Positions 20,312 through 28,650 of a stretch of DNA of 64,000 bases are shown piece after piece. Position 1 is the first letter of the stretch; every line of letters starts with the position of its first letter. The notes beneath the pieces were generated by a model. The model did not search any database. It was given only the letters and a program-made list of their open reading frames with translations, and was not told the DNA's origin. The stretch is from an uncultured Gammaproteobacteria bacterium (GTDB taxonomy: Bacteria; Patescibacteriota; Patescibacteriia; UBA11705; DATKZF01): assembly GCA_964411255.1 (NCBI GenBank), contig CAYPKD010000006.1, positions 3,097 through 67,096 of the forward strand, written 5' to 3'. Made by a program: the position numbers and the translations under genes.

Positions 20312-21286
20312 ATGATAAAAAAATCAAAATTATTGCCAACTATCATTACTATTGGCGCAATCATTATTCTAATTGCTGCTGGAGTGATAATCGGAGTTGA
20401 TAAATATAAAAAAGATACTGTGCCTACAAATGATGTGTCACCTGCTGATACTGCGTCCCCTGACGTTGTCCAACCTGTGGCCACTGAAGAACCGAAGCCA
20501 GAACCAGAACCTACCGGACCGACAATTGAGCAAATTGCTCAGGATTATTTACCATTTGGATATGAGCTTGAACACCAGGTGCTTCAGGGAAACTTTGGCA
20601 ACTGGAATGACGCGATTATTTTCTTTTACAAAGAAAAAGACTGCTTTCAATGTCAATATTTTGGCAAAGTTTTAGTTCCTAAAAATGATGAGTACAAACA
20701 ACTTGATTTGCCAGAATTTAATCAGTTTGACAATGAAACCGTAGACAATATTGGCATTGCTGCTGTAATGTTTTCAAATCTAGACCGGGATGAAGAAAAT
20801 GAAATTATCATTTTAGTTGAAGGTTTTAAAAAAGGACCTAACGGCTGGTCACTTTACAATACTGCAGTATTGGACTGGGCATATTATAAATTCAAATCAA
20901 TGGACAGATGGGAAAATTATTTTAGTTACAAATGCGAAGAGTCAAAATGCATTAAGTATATGAAAGACGGATATTTTAATTTCTTTGGACATTATTACGG
21001 TGAAAATGAATTTATTGCTGCTGATATGCAAATTGAGATGGATGACAATGGGACCTTCAAAGGCAACTGGGATGCTGGCTATGGCGAAGGCCATATGTGC
21101 ATATTTGATTTTGAAATAGATTTGCTTAATGCCAATGAAGGAACAATGTATAAGCCAGGCACACAACATGAAATTGCTGATATAACATATAAAAATAATC
21201 AGATTGAAGTAAAATTCCTAATGGAATTAGAAGAACTTGATTGCGGCTATGGTCATCCTGATATATTAGAGCTAAAGAAAAAGTAA
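20312..21286 (+). CDS. Hypothetical protein with N-terminal TM anchor
   Basis: 324-aa ORF, N-terminal hydrophobic helix, no SD. Confidence 0.4.
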   Translation: MIKKSKLLPTIITIGAIIILIAAGVIIGVDKYKKDTVPTNDVSPADTASPDVVQPVATEEPKPEPEPTGPTIEQIAQDYLPFGYELEHQVLQGNFGNWNDAIIFFYKEKDCFQCQYFGKVLVPKNDEYKQLDLPEFNQFDNETVDNIGIAAVMFSNLDRDEENEIIILVEGFKKGPNGWSLYNTAVLDWAYYKFKSMDRWENYFSYKCEESKCIKYMKDGYFNFFGHYYGENEFIAADMQIEMDDNGTFKGNWDAGYGEGHMCIFDFEIDLLNANEGTMYKPGTQHEIADITYKNNQIEVKFLMELEELDCGYGHPDILELKKK

Positions 21287-21346
21287 AAATTTGACAATAG
21301 ACTGTCATTAATATACATTGCATTTAAACATACAGAGGAGGGAATC

Positions 21347-21697
21347 ATGATGCTTGCTCATTTTAAATTAGCACAATGGCAAAAAGATGCATTATTAAGG
21401 ATGAAATATGGGAAAAAGCCACCCAAGTTTTTCTCAAACTTTAAAAAAATATTAGAATATATAAAAGAACATTTTAAAATAGACACGGCTGATATAAAAA
21501 TCATTAATAATGATTCCCAGCTCCCCCATCAATTTAGTCGCTGGCTCTCAAAAGAATATATGGGCAGGCATTATGGCCATCAAAGGAAAAATACTGCAAT
21601 TGCTGTCTGTCCTTTGGGAACACTCATACACAGCTGCGAAACTTGTGACATAGGGGGCCATCACATAAACAACCATTTTTTCTTTTTAAGAATATAA
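21347..21697 (+). CDS. Hypothetical protein (116 aa)
   Basis: SD gaggaggg before ATGATG. Confidence 0.4.
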   Translation: MMLAHFKLAQWQKDALLRMKYGKKPPKFFSNFKKILEYIKEHFKIDTADIKIINNDSQLPHQFSRWLSKEYMGRHYGHQRKNTAIAVCPLGTLIHSCETCDIGGHHINNHFFFLRI

Positions 21698-21735
21698 AAA
21701 CCGGTTCTTCATCAGAACTGGTCTTTTAATTATCA

Positions 21736-22041
21736 TTATTTTTCAAACAAATTTTTTATTATTGGTTCAAAATCTGGCAACTCTTTTTTCTTTACTTTTT
21801 GAAATCTTATCCAAACAATAATTAAAACAATTGTATTGGCCAATGGCACAAAAAGCAAAAATACCCACCACCATGGCCGGCCAATCACCTGGCACATTAA
21901 TAAAAAGTTGAAAAAAGGAATATAAGCATACCAAGCATTTTTCATTTTAAACTTAACTGCAATCTGATACAAAGCCAATGTTGTGTAAACATATGCCACA
22001 ACAATCGTAGCGCCATTTAAATAATACAAAAAAGTTTCCAT
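21736..22041 (-). CDS. Small membrane protein (101 aa)
   Basis: Three predicted TM segments. Confidence 0.4.
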   Translation of the reverse strand: METFLYYLNGATIVVAYVYTTLALYQIAVKFKMKNAWYAYIPFFNFLLMCQVIGRPWWWVFLLFVPLANTIVLIIVWIRFQKVKKKELPDFEPIIKNLFEK

Positions 22042-22099
22042 ATTAATTTTATTATAACAAAAAATCTAAAAGCAGACGATATTTGTATTAATAAAAATT

Positions 22100-22185
22100 T
22101 GTTTTCGTAGCATCTGAGGTTGATTCGTATTTTTCGTAACCCTTGTTTATCCGTAATATCTGTAACTATCCGTAGATCCGTAATC
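22100..22185. repeat. Intergenic word-repeat array (cgtag/ccgta words); inverted-orientation related array at 25681-25812
   Basis: ttttcgtag, tccgtag and ccgtaat words. The two arrays bracket the GC-rich block 22241-25605. Confidence 0.5.
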
Positions 22186-22240
22186 TCAATTAAAAAACAG
22201 TACAAACTTGCTCCGTACTGTTTAAAATCTACTCAACCCC

Positions 22241-22789
22241 TTATTCTGCAGCCCATTCTTTTACCTGGCTGATAATTCCCAGCTGTTCGTGAATGTCACT
22301 CTTCAGCAACCGCATTGCCACAACGTGCGGCAGACTTTTAAGCACGCGGACATATTGCAGCAAAGGCTGGGCCATCTCCCGAGTCGAGCCTTCACGCAAC
22401 TCCTGATCCAGCTGGCGGATAGCATGAGCCTCGTCTTCCCACGCCAAAAAGTCGATCACTGCTGCCATAAAATCCTCCAGCGAAGCACGCCATTCGTCAA
22501 CAGTTTTGTCTGACTGAAATGAGACGTCATACTTATTGGGCATTGTCACTGTTCTCAAAATATCTGCCACGCTCCTTATGATTTGGGCCCTGGCCTTCAA
22601 CTGTGGCACAGAAAAATATTTTCCATGTGAATATGTTTCCCCAAGTCTACTACCCGCATAAAGATTGGTCACTTCTTGCAGCAGATCTACTCCGTCATAG
22701 AAGGAAATAATAAATATCGAAGTCTTGTTTTTCAAATAATCAATACGAAAGAACCATTTGCCTTGAAGCACTCTACTTGACTTTCCCAT
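22241..22789 (-). CDS. Hypothetical protein (182 aa), GC-rich cassette gene downstream of the PcfJ-like gene
   Basis: ORF with SD AGGAGG. Confidence 0.45.
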   Translation of the reverse strand: MGKSSRVLQGKWFFRIDYLKNKTSIFIISFYDGVDLLQEVTNLYAGSRLGETYSHGKYFSVPQLKARAQIIRSVADILRTVTMPNKYDVSFQSDKTVDEWRASLEDFMAAVIDFLAWEDEAHAIRQLDQELREGSTREMAQPLLQYVRVLKSLPHVVAMRLLKSDIHEQLGIISQVKEWAAE

Positions 22790-22950
22790 CTTTCTCCTCC
22801 TTCCTGCAGCGCTTTACGCTTACGGATTTTGAGGTTAGTAACCCAAAGATCTGGCTGCGCTCACCAATGAGCTGTGCGCTTATCTTTAGGTTTATATACT
22901 TTATGTTTATTTACCCCAACTGTCAACTTTCAACTTTAATCGAAATAAAA

Positions 22951-22980
22951 AAGCTGCAAACGAATAGTCGCCTGCAGCTT
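22951..22980 (-). terminator. Intrinsic terminator (aagctgcaaac hairpin family)
   Basis: aagctgcaaacgaatagtcgcctgcagctt hairpin followed by a T-run on the minus strand, just downstream of the PcfJ-like gene stop. Confidence 0.5.
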
Positions 22981-22986
22981 GCACAA

Positions 22987-24351
22987 CTAATATCCTCCTG
23001 TCAAATACCTAGACAACGACAAGCCCTGCTTAGCTGCCCACTGATTGATAATGGACTTTTCCTTTTGGGTAGCCAGCCGATTGCACTTGCCTCTGATCTG
23101 AACGATCTGGCGAGATCGGTTTCTGACCTCAATGGTCAGAATCTTTTTCTTACCTTCAAAGGTCTCGCAGGAAAGCGACCAGATCGAACATTGACCGGTA
23201 GAGCAAGAATGGTAATAAGAAGCCACGCAGTGCTTGAGCTCGCGTCCTTCTCTGCGAAGATCATTGTCAGTATTGAGCTCTTTGATCGTCCAGATGGTCA
23301 GGTTCTTGCCTTCTTTGCCAGTCATCATCTCAAACGGCCTGATGTCAGTCGTTTCCCAGAACTTGACTGGCCCGCTTTTCTTTTGCTTGCCCAATCGGGC
23401 ATGCCACTGCTCGACCTGACGAAGCAAAGCATCAGCATTGCGGCCGCGCATGGTAAAGTTCGGTCTGGGCGGACCTTGGTTTTCCAGCCTGCCCTGAGCG
23501 ACAAACACTCGCGCAACCTGATACTTCTGATGCTTGATGAAATCAATGATCGGCTTGACATGAACCAAATCCAGCATCGGATTGTCTACAAAGAATTTGA
23601 ACACTGACAACCAGAACTTCTGCCTGGAAGGAATCATGTCCACTTCTGCATTGATTATCGCTCTGGCCAGAAAAGGAGTTCCGCCAAATGAAAGCACTTG
23701 GCCCCATCTGATCGCCTCTTCAGGCGTCACATTTGATGGTGCATCCAGAAAATAGTGGGCCTGCTTTTTGGTCAACGGAAAGGGCAAATCATCAGCAGTC
23801 CGAATGTTTTTTCCCTGGCCGATATGGATAAACCACTTCCTGTGCTTTTCAGCTTCCCGGCCTTCTTCCAACCAACATCTATCCAAAAAACTGGGCACAG
23901 AATATTGGGCAAAAACATACCGGACAAGCGAGCTAAGCTGGCGGTCAGCATTGTGGAATTTAGGCCTCCAGTGTGCTGGCGGCCGAATCCACAGCAGCTG
24001 ATAATTCAAAAATCTTTTTAATGCCCTTGCGTCAATCTTAGTCTTTCGATAAATCTCGTTCAAGCCACTATGGCCGATCGAGGCTCGTTGACGGCTTCTC
24101 TTCTCCCTCTTTGATTTGGCTTTGGATTCTACCAAAATGGCAGCAGCCCTTTGCCTTTGTAATAATTTTTTTTCTCTTCGAAGATGAGCTTTCTTTTTCT
24201 CTAAAGTCGGTTTAAAACCATGTGTCCGGCACCATTGCTTGTACTCGCCCTCATCACTACATCCCAGCTCTCGAAAATGGTGCCTTACATTTTCCTCTTT
24301 GACAACCTCTCCTCTCAGTAACCCTCTTTTCTTTCCTTTTCTCGTACCCAT
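22987..24351 (-). CDS. PcfJ-like domain protein
   Basis: C-terminal GRELKHCVASYY...IVQIRGKCNRL resembles the PcfJ-like consensus (EG..M.HCV..Y ... Q.RG.nN). Basic, Lys/Arg-rich N-terminus. GC-elevated. SD AGGAAG. Confidence 0.5.
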   Translation of the reverse strand: MGTRKGKKRGLLRGEVVKEENVRHHFRELGCSDEGEYKQWCRTHGFKPTLEKKKAHLRREKKLLQRQRAAAILVESKAKSKREKRSRQRASIGHSGLNEIYRKTKIDARALKRFLNYQLLWIRPPAHWRPKFHNADRQLSSLVRYVFAQYSVPSFLDRCWLEEGREAEKHRKWFIHIGQGKNIRTADDLPFPLTKKQAHYFLDAPSNVTPEEAIRWGQVLSFGGTPFLARAIINAEVDMIPSRQKFWLSVFKFFVDNPMLDLVHVKPIIDFIKHQKYQVARVFVAQGRLENQGPPRPNFTMRGRNADALLRQVEQWHARLGKQKKSGPVKFWETTDIRPFEMMTGKEGKNLTIWTIKELNTDNDLRREGRELKHCVASYYHSCSTGQCSIWSLSCETFEGKKKILTIEVRNRSRQIVQIRGKCNRLATQKEKSIINQWAAKQGLSLSRYLTGGY

Positions 24352-24549
24352 TTTAATCTTCCTATTTTAAGTGTTTTAAAATTGTAAAGTGCTCAAAATA
24401 ATATAGCATATTTTTAAAATAAAGTCAACAATAACACTAAAAATAAACCAAAATATAACAAATTTTCCTGAGGTTACAATTTTTAAAAAAATAAAACCAG
24501 CAAGGCAATTTCCTCACTGGGCAAAAGAAGTATAGGTTTAGAACCTCAA

Positions 24550-24816
24550 TCAGTCGGTCCAATCATGTGATGGATTATGCCATTGTCCTTGATCAGGATT
24601 TGGCATTGAAACCACCTTATGATTGTCATCCACTGAAAGCTGTACCTTACCTGTAATGGGGTCACATGTGGTTTCGAAATGATTTGTCCAAACCGGCATC
24701 TGATCACACTGTTCACACCTATAATCATCATTTTCAGGATGAGAGCATTCATTGCCCCAAACCGTATAATAATGACCATTAGTGCAAATACACTGCTCAA
24801 TAAATGAATATCCCAT
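24550..24816 (-). CDS. Cys-rich small protein (88 aa), hypothetical
   Basis: ORF with SD AGGAG and an upstream TTGACAA..TAATAT promoter. Confidence 0.4.
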   Translation of the reverse strand: MGYSFIEQCICTNGHYYTVWGNECSHPENDDYRCEQCDQMPVWTNHFETTCDPITGKVQLSVDDNHKVVSMPNPDQGQWHNPSHDWTD

Positions 24817-24864
24817 TTGAATCTCCTTTTTTAATATAATTAATTTGATATTATCTCAATTTTA

Positions 24865-24893
24865 TATATTAACATAAAAAATAAGATTTGTCA
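24865..24893 (-). promoter_or_regulatory. Sigma-70-type promoter (-35 TTGACA, -10 TAATAT-like)
   Basis: Plus-strand tgtcaa at 24888-24893 with an AT-rich -10 about 16-17 nt upstream on the minus strand. Confidence 0.4.
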
Positions 24894-24984
24894 AGCCCTA
24901 TGCCAATTATTAAAAAAAAATATTTGCTTTTATCAGCTATAATTTCAGTATAAAAAAGCTGCAAACGAATTATCGCTAACAGCT

Positions 24985-25605
24985 TTATGGAAACGAACCA
25001 TATCCGATGACACTTTGTTTAAAAGCCATTCTTCTCTTTTTAATCACCAAAAGACCAACCAACGCATGGCCTATTAAGCCACCACCTGGAATCAGATAAG
25101 CCATCCACTCTTTTCCAATCAAAACAATATTAATCAGGGTTATCGAAAATGCAATTGTCCAAACAGTCCAGGGGAGCGACCTTTCTTTTCGCGGATCATT
25201 AAAAACACCGGTTAAAGTCGGAACAAATGAAAAAACGAATGCTACAACCACGACCATATTGGCATAAGTTGCGCTTCTAAAAATTATCCAGACTAATATG
25301 GCTATCAGACAAATTGCTGCAATTGCCCATTCAATATTGCTTGGGCAGTCAAATCTTTTTTTAATCAAACAAATCACAAAAGTGATTATACATGCTACTG
25401 ACCCAGCAAAAAACTGCAAAGCAGCGACCCAATTATCAATCATTGCTCCGTAAGAAAAGACGTTAACTATTGCCAACAAGGACCAGATGCTCCAACTAAT
25501 TGCATTTGGCTTTGATTTACCATTGATAATCTGAACATTATATAAAATAGCAGCGATTAAATATAAAAACGCCGCAGCAATTGGTAATATACTTGTAAGA
25601 GCCAC
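24985..25605 (-). CDS. Integral membrane protein (approx. 6 TM)
   Basis: 206 aa, strongly hydrophobic. Confidence 0.45.
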   Translation of the reverse strand: MALTSILPIAAAFLYLIAAILYNVQIINGKSKPNAISWSIWSLLAIVNVFSYGAMIDNWVAALQFFAGSVACIITFVICLIKKRFDCPSNIEWAIAAICLIAILVWIIFRSATYANMVVVVAFVFSFVPTLTGVFNDPRKERSLPWTVWTIAFSITLINIVLIGKEWMAYLIPGGGLIGHALVGLLVIKKRRMAFKQSVIGYGSFP

Positions 25606-25680
25606 CTTGTCCTCCTGTTTTCAATGTTCAGGTTATATTATCTCTTGCTGATAATTTTGTCAATAAAAAAAAGTGCTACT

Positions 25681-25812
25681 AATCTACAAATAGAATAACG
25701 AAAACTACGAAAATTATTTAAATAAATACAAATAAGCTAATAATACTCATAAATAATTTGTAGTATAAAAGCTAGTTTTCGTAGAATTTATAGATGATTT
25801 GTAGTTCGTAGA
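25681..25812. repeat. Intergenic word-repeat array (ctacg/cgtag/ttgtag words)
   Basis: Counterpart of 22100-22185. Confidence 0.5.
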
Positions 25813-25818
25813 CCAAAA

Positions 25819-25847
25819 AAGCTGCAAACAATTGATGTCTGCAGCTT
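25819..25847 (-). terminator. Intrinsic terminator (aagctgcaaac hairpin family)
   Basis: aagctgcaaacaattgatgtctgcagctt with a T-run on the minus strand, downstream of 25860-26672. Confidence 0.5.
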
Positions 25848-25859
25848 TAGTTTGTGAAA

Positions 25860-26672
25860 TCAGTTCAGTCTGATGTCCGGCTCACATCCTGTTCGAAGCA
25901 GCTCTCCCTTACGGTAGAGCAATGTATGTGGCGGATAGTGAGGAGAATTCCAGACTTCCCAGCATCCAACCGACCGGCCATTTTCATAATAGCCCCGAGC
26001 GATTAGCTGTCCGTCCCGGTTATGCTTTTCAACATAACCGTCACCATTACTGGTGACAAAAGTGATTTCCGAGAAAGAGTTGAATGCTCGGACCAATCGT
26101 CCATAGTCGTACTCGCTCTCACTGCGAATACTTCCATCTTTGAAAAACGACACATGTTCGCCATGCAATGTTCCAGCATAGAAACGAGCGACCTCCTGAA
26201 TAAGACCATTCTCGTAATACCAGACGGCCAGGCCATCGTCGATGCCACGAGTGAAATCCTTCGTATACTCAAGATGTCCACTCGGGAAATATCCATACTG
26301 GGTACCGTCTTTCTCACCGAATGAGTTGTAATTACGAATTTCAATCCTTCCATCTTCAAGGAAAAATGTCCATTCGCCTACTCGCGTACCATTGGCATAC
26401 TGCCCTTCATAAGACAATTTGCCATCCTCCCAGCTTTTGACAGGACCTTGTTCCTGCCTATAACCATCAATACAGTACTGGGATCTATGCTCTGTCTCCC
26501 ACTCGAAATCCCCTTTTGGGACTCGATACTCTTCGAGCACCGTCCCTTCCGGACATTTCTCCTGAAGCCAGGAAACCGGATTTGCAGTGTATTCACCCTT
26601 CTGGGGGGTTGGCGCGCCCAGACAGCCGGAAATGACCATTGCCAAAAATACGAACAAAACCTGCTCTTTCAT
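25860..26672 (-). CDS. Lipoprotein with MORN-variant repeats (YwqK-family immunity/antitoxin-like)
   Basis: Lipobox LAMVISGC. Repeated G..EG....Y.NG motifs (YEGQYANGTRVGEWTFFLEDG, WYYENGLIQEV..FYAGTLHGEHVSFFKDG, GYYENGRSVGCWEVWN). GC-rich. SD AGGAG. Confidence 0.5.
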   Translation of the reverse strand: MKEQVLFVFLAMVISGCLGAPTPQKGEYTANPVSWLQEKCPEGTVLEEYRVPKGDFEWETEHRSQYCIDGYRQEQGPVKSWEDGKLSYEGQYANGTRVGEWTFFLEDGRIEIRNYNSFGEKDGTQYGYFPSGHLEYTKDFTRGIDDGLAVWYYENGLIQEVARFYAGTLHGEHVSFFKDGSIRSESEYDYGRLVRAFNSFSEITFVTSNGDGYVEKHNRDGQLIARGYYENGRSVGCWEVWNSPHYPPHTLLYRKGELLRTGCEPDIRLN

Positions 26673-26816
26673 GCTCTTTTCTCCTAATGCCTCTGCGTTT
26701 CAAGCAGATGGCTACGTAAAACAATTTGTAGGATCAATACACTATTATATCACATATCAGGTTAAATGTCAATATCATAAAGCTAAAATTAGCTAAATTT
26801 AGTATTATTTTATAAT

Positions 26817-26848
26817 GAAAAAGCTGCAGATATGTATATCTACAGCTT
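26817..26848 (-). terminator. Intrinsic terminator downstream of the tRNA array
   Basis: aagctgcagatatgtatatctacagctt hairpin with a T-run on the minus strand. Confidence 0.45.
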
Positions 26849-26853
26849 CAAAA

Positions 26854-26938
26854 CGGAAAGGGTAGGATTCGAACCTACGGTTCCGTTAGGAACAACAGCT
26901 TAGCAAGCTGCCGCCTTCAGCCACTCGGCCACCTTTCC
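26854..26938 (-). tRNA. tRNA-Ser (anticodon GCT)
   Basis: Manual fold. Acceptor GGAAAGG/CCTTTCC, long variable arm, anticodon loop ttGCTaa, T-arm GGTTCGAATCC. Confidence 0.8.
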
Positions 26939-26940
26939 AA

Positions 26941-27023
26941 TGCTCGAGGAGGGACTCGAACCCTCACGGACATAATCCACAGGAACCTAAATCCTGCGCG
27001 TCTGCCATTTTCGCCACCCGAGC
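26941..27023 (-). tRNA. tRNA-Leu (anticodon TAG)
   Basis: Acceptor GCTCGGG.., long variable arm, anticodon loop ttTAGgt. Confidence 0.8.
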
Positions 27024-27091
27024 AAACTAAGAGCTGAATTTATTTAAATCCAGCTCTAGAGCCTGTCAGCCGAAGCCTCGGCGAAGGCTGA

Positions 27092-27176
27092 CGGAGGGAG
27101 AGGGATTCGAACCCCCGGACGCTCTCACATCGGCGGTTTTCAAGACCGCTGCCATAAACCACTCGGCCATCCCTCC
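27092..27176 (-). tRNA. tRNA-Ser (anticodon TGA)
   Basis: Long variable arm, anticodon stem gcggt/accgc, loop ctTGAaa. Confidence 0.8.
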
Positions 27177-27221
27177 AACCTGCTATCCGAAGCCCTGAGC
27201 TTATCGAAGGGCGTAGGATAG

Positions 27222-27293
27222 TGCGCCTTACTGGGTTTGAACCAGTGACCCCTTGCTTGTAAGGCAAGTGCTCTCCGACTGAGCTAAAGGCGC
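27222..27293 (-). tRNA. tRNA-Val (anticodon TAC)
   Basis: GCGCCTTTAGCTCAGTCGG..., anticodon loop ctTACaa. Confidence 0.8.
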
Positions 27294-27298
27294 AAAGC

Positions 27299-27370
27299 TG
27301 GGGCACTAGGATTCGAACCTAGATTAGCGGGACCAAAACCCGCCGTCCTCTCCAGTTGAACGATGCCCCA
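27299..27370 (-). tRNA. tRNA-Gln (anticodon TTG)
   Basis: Anticodon stem gcggg/cccgc, loop ttTTGgt, T-arm GGTTCGAATCC. Confidence 0.7.
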
Positions 27371-27377
27371 GAAACAG

Positions 27378-27450
27378 CTCCGCGGATCGGACTTGAACCG
27401 ATAACCACCGGATTAACAGTCCGGCGCTCTACCAATTGAGCTACCGCGGA
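27378..27450 (-). tRNA. tRNA-Asn (anticodon GTT)
   Basis: TCCGCGGTAGCTCAATTGG..., anticodon loop ctGTTaa. Confidence 0.8.
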
Positions 27451-27487
27451 AAATACTACTATAAGCAACTCATTTAGGTAAAGAAAG

Positions 27488-27561
27488 TCGGGGCGATCGG
27501 ATTTGAACCGACGACCCCCTGCTCCCAAGGCAGGTGCGCTACCACACTGCGCTACGCCCCG
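27488..27561 (-). tRNA. tRNA-Pro (anticodon TGG)
   Basis: CGGGGCGTAGCGCAG..., anticodon loop ctTGGga. Confidence 0.8.
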
Positions 27562-27563
27562 AG

Positions 27564-27638
27564 TGTCCCCGACGGGATTCGAACCCGCGCACTAGGATTG
27601 AAAGTCCTAGATCCTAGACCTGACTAGACGACGGGGAC
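27564..27638 (-). tRNA. tRNA-Glu (anticodon TTC)
   Basis: GTCCCCGTCGTCTAGTCAGG..., anticodon loop ctTTCaa. Confidence 0.8.
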
Positions 27639-27658
27639 AACCTAAAAGCAAAAAGCGA

Positions 27659-27827
27659 GATGACTGGGATGGACTTCGGCCGAATTCTATCTGCGGAGTT
27701 TGGATACCGCTGTACGCGTTTTTCAACGCTAGGCTCAACGCCCAAGGATCATGCCGGGGGCTTACGTAATCCCCACGGGTTTCCCGTACAATGGACAGAT
27801 CTCAGGGGGCTGCCATCCCAGTCATCA
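27659..27827 (-). ncRNA. Candidate structured RNA (~170 nt) embedded in the tRNA array; identity unknown
   Basis: GC-rich (unlike flanks). Closed by a perfect 14-bp inverted repeat gatgactgggatgg/ccatcccagtcatc with several internal hairpins (a UUCG-type loop, gggg..cccc, acggg ttt cccgt). Sits exactly between tRNA-Glu and tRNA-Thr. Strand not established. Confidence 0.3.
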
Positions 27828-27828
27828 A

Positions 27829-27901
27829 AGCCAACAAGGGGACTCGAACCCCTAACCTGCTGATTACAAATCAGCTGCTCTGCCATTTAAGCTATGTTGG
27901 C
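27829..27901 (-). tRNA. tRNA-Thr (anticodon TGT)
   Basis: GCCAACATAGCTTAAATGG..., anticodon stem gctga/tcagc, loop ttTGTaa. Confidence 0.7.
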
Positions 27902-27994
27902 TTTTAAATGTGCCTTACACATCTACTGCCTGCCCTCCGTAGCATTAGCGAATCAGGGAGCTAAAGGCGCGTTTAAAAAGAACAAAAATCAATG

Positions 27995-28066
27995 TGGGCC
28001 CAATCGGATTTGAACCGATGACCGACCGGTTATGAGCCGGTGGCTCTACCGCTGAGCTATAGGCCC
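27995..28066 (-). tRNA. tRNA-Met (anticodon CAT; elongator type or possibly Ile2-lysidine)
   Basis: GGGCCTATAGCTCAGCGG..., anticodon loop ctCATaa, G1-C72 pair so not an initiator. Confidence 0.75.
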
Positions 28067-28127
28067 TATTGATGAAAAAGTCTTATTATTATATCAAACA
28101 TTTATTGATTTGTCAAGCTTAAAATCA

Positions 28128-28158
28128 AAAAATCAGCCTAAATTTAGCTGATTTTTTA
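28128..28158. terminator. Bidirectional terminator hairpin
   Basis: aaaaaatcagcctaaatttagctgatttttt. Confidence 0.5.
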
Positions 28159-28169
28159 CATATTCATCA

Positions 28170-28649
28170 TTATTGTTTATTTAAAAAATCCTCACCATAA
28201 ATTTCAGCAGCCTCTTCATCTGATAAACGATTAAATAGCTCTTCTCCCCCCTCTGTCTTTTGAAAAACGATATTTTTTATCTGGCCTCGAATATTTGGAT
28301 CAACAACGACCTGATTTTCAATGTCAATTAGTAATGTTGCTTCAGGCACTTCCATATTTTGCTCTTCTCTGGTTTTTACATTTTTAATATATGTATCATA
28401 ATTTGGATGCTTTTTTGAAGGAATCGGATGAATTGCTACCCATCGGTCATCATTTGGAAAATATTGAGCTGGATCTTTAAAATCACAATCGACCCAGTCA
28501 TTTTCCCCTGTCTCTGGACTGCCAAATACTACAAATTCCTGAATCAAATAGCAAGATGATATTTCTTTTTCTGACCTATCTTTTAGATTATTTCCTGTAC
28601 ATCCAGATAATATTATTAAAATAAATAGCAGTAAAAAAATTTTCTTCAT
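28170..28649 (-). CDS. Lipoprotein, hypothetical
   Basis: MKKIFLLLFILIILSGC lipobox. Confidence 0.45.
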   Translation of the reverse strand: MKKIFLLLFILIILSGCTGNNLKDRSEKEISSCYLIQEFVVFGSPETGENDWVDCDFKDPAQYFPNDDRWVAIHPIPSKKHPNYDTYIKNVKTREEQNMEVPEATLLIDIENQVVVDPNIRGQIKNIVFQKTEGGEELFNRLSDEEAAEIYGEDFLNKQ

Positions 28650-28650
28650 A

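Noticed and set aside
22777-23607. 276-aa plus-strand ORF, plus further opposite-strand ORFs at 23234-23419, 23325-23561, 23755-24021 and 23768-24001
   Set aside because: They lie antisense within the GC-rich PcfJ-like gene. Such long spurious ORFs are expected opposite GC-rich coding sequence. They have no SD or promoter and overlap the better-supported gene.
26003-26687. Several ORFs (26003-26359, 26022-26324, 26378-26596, 26448-26687) overlapping the MORN lipoprotein gene
   Set aside because: Same GC-driven artefact. The lipoprotein frame has a lipobox, SD and promoter.
27040-27863. ORFs 27040-27306, 27319-27528 and 27660-27863 in the tRNA region
   Set aside because: They overlap confidently folded tRNA genes and the structured element. 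GC-rich RNA genes generate open frames by chance.
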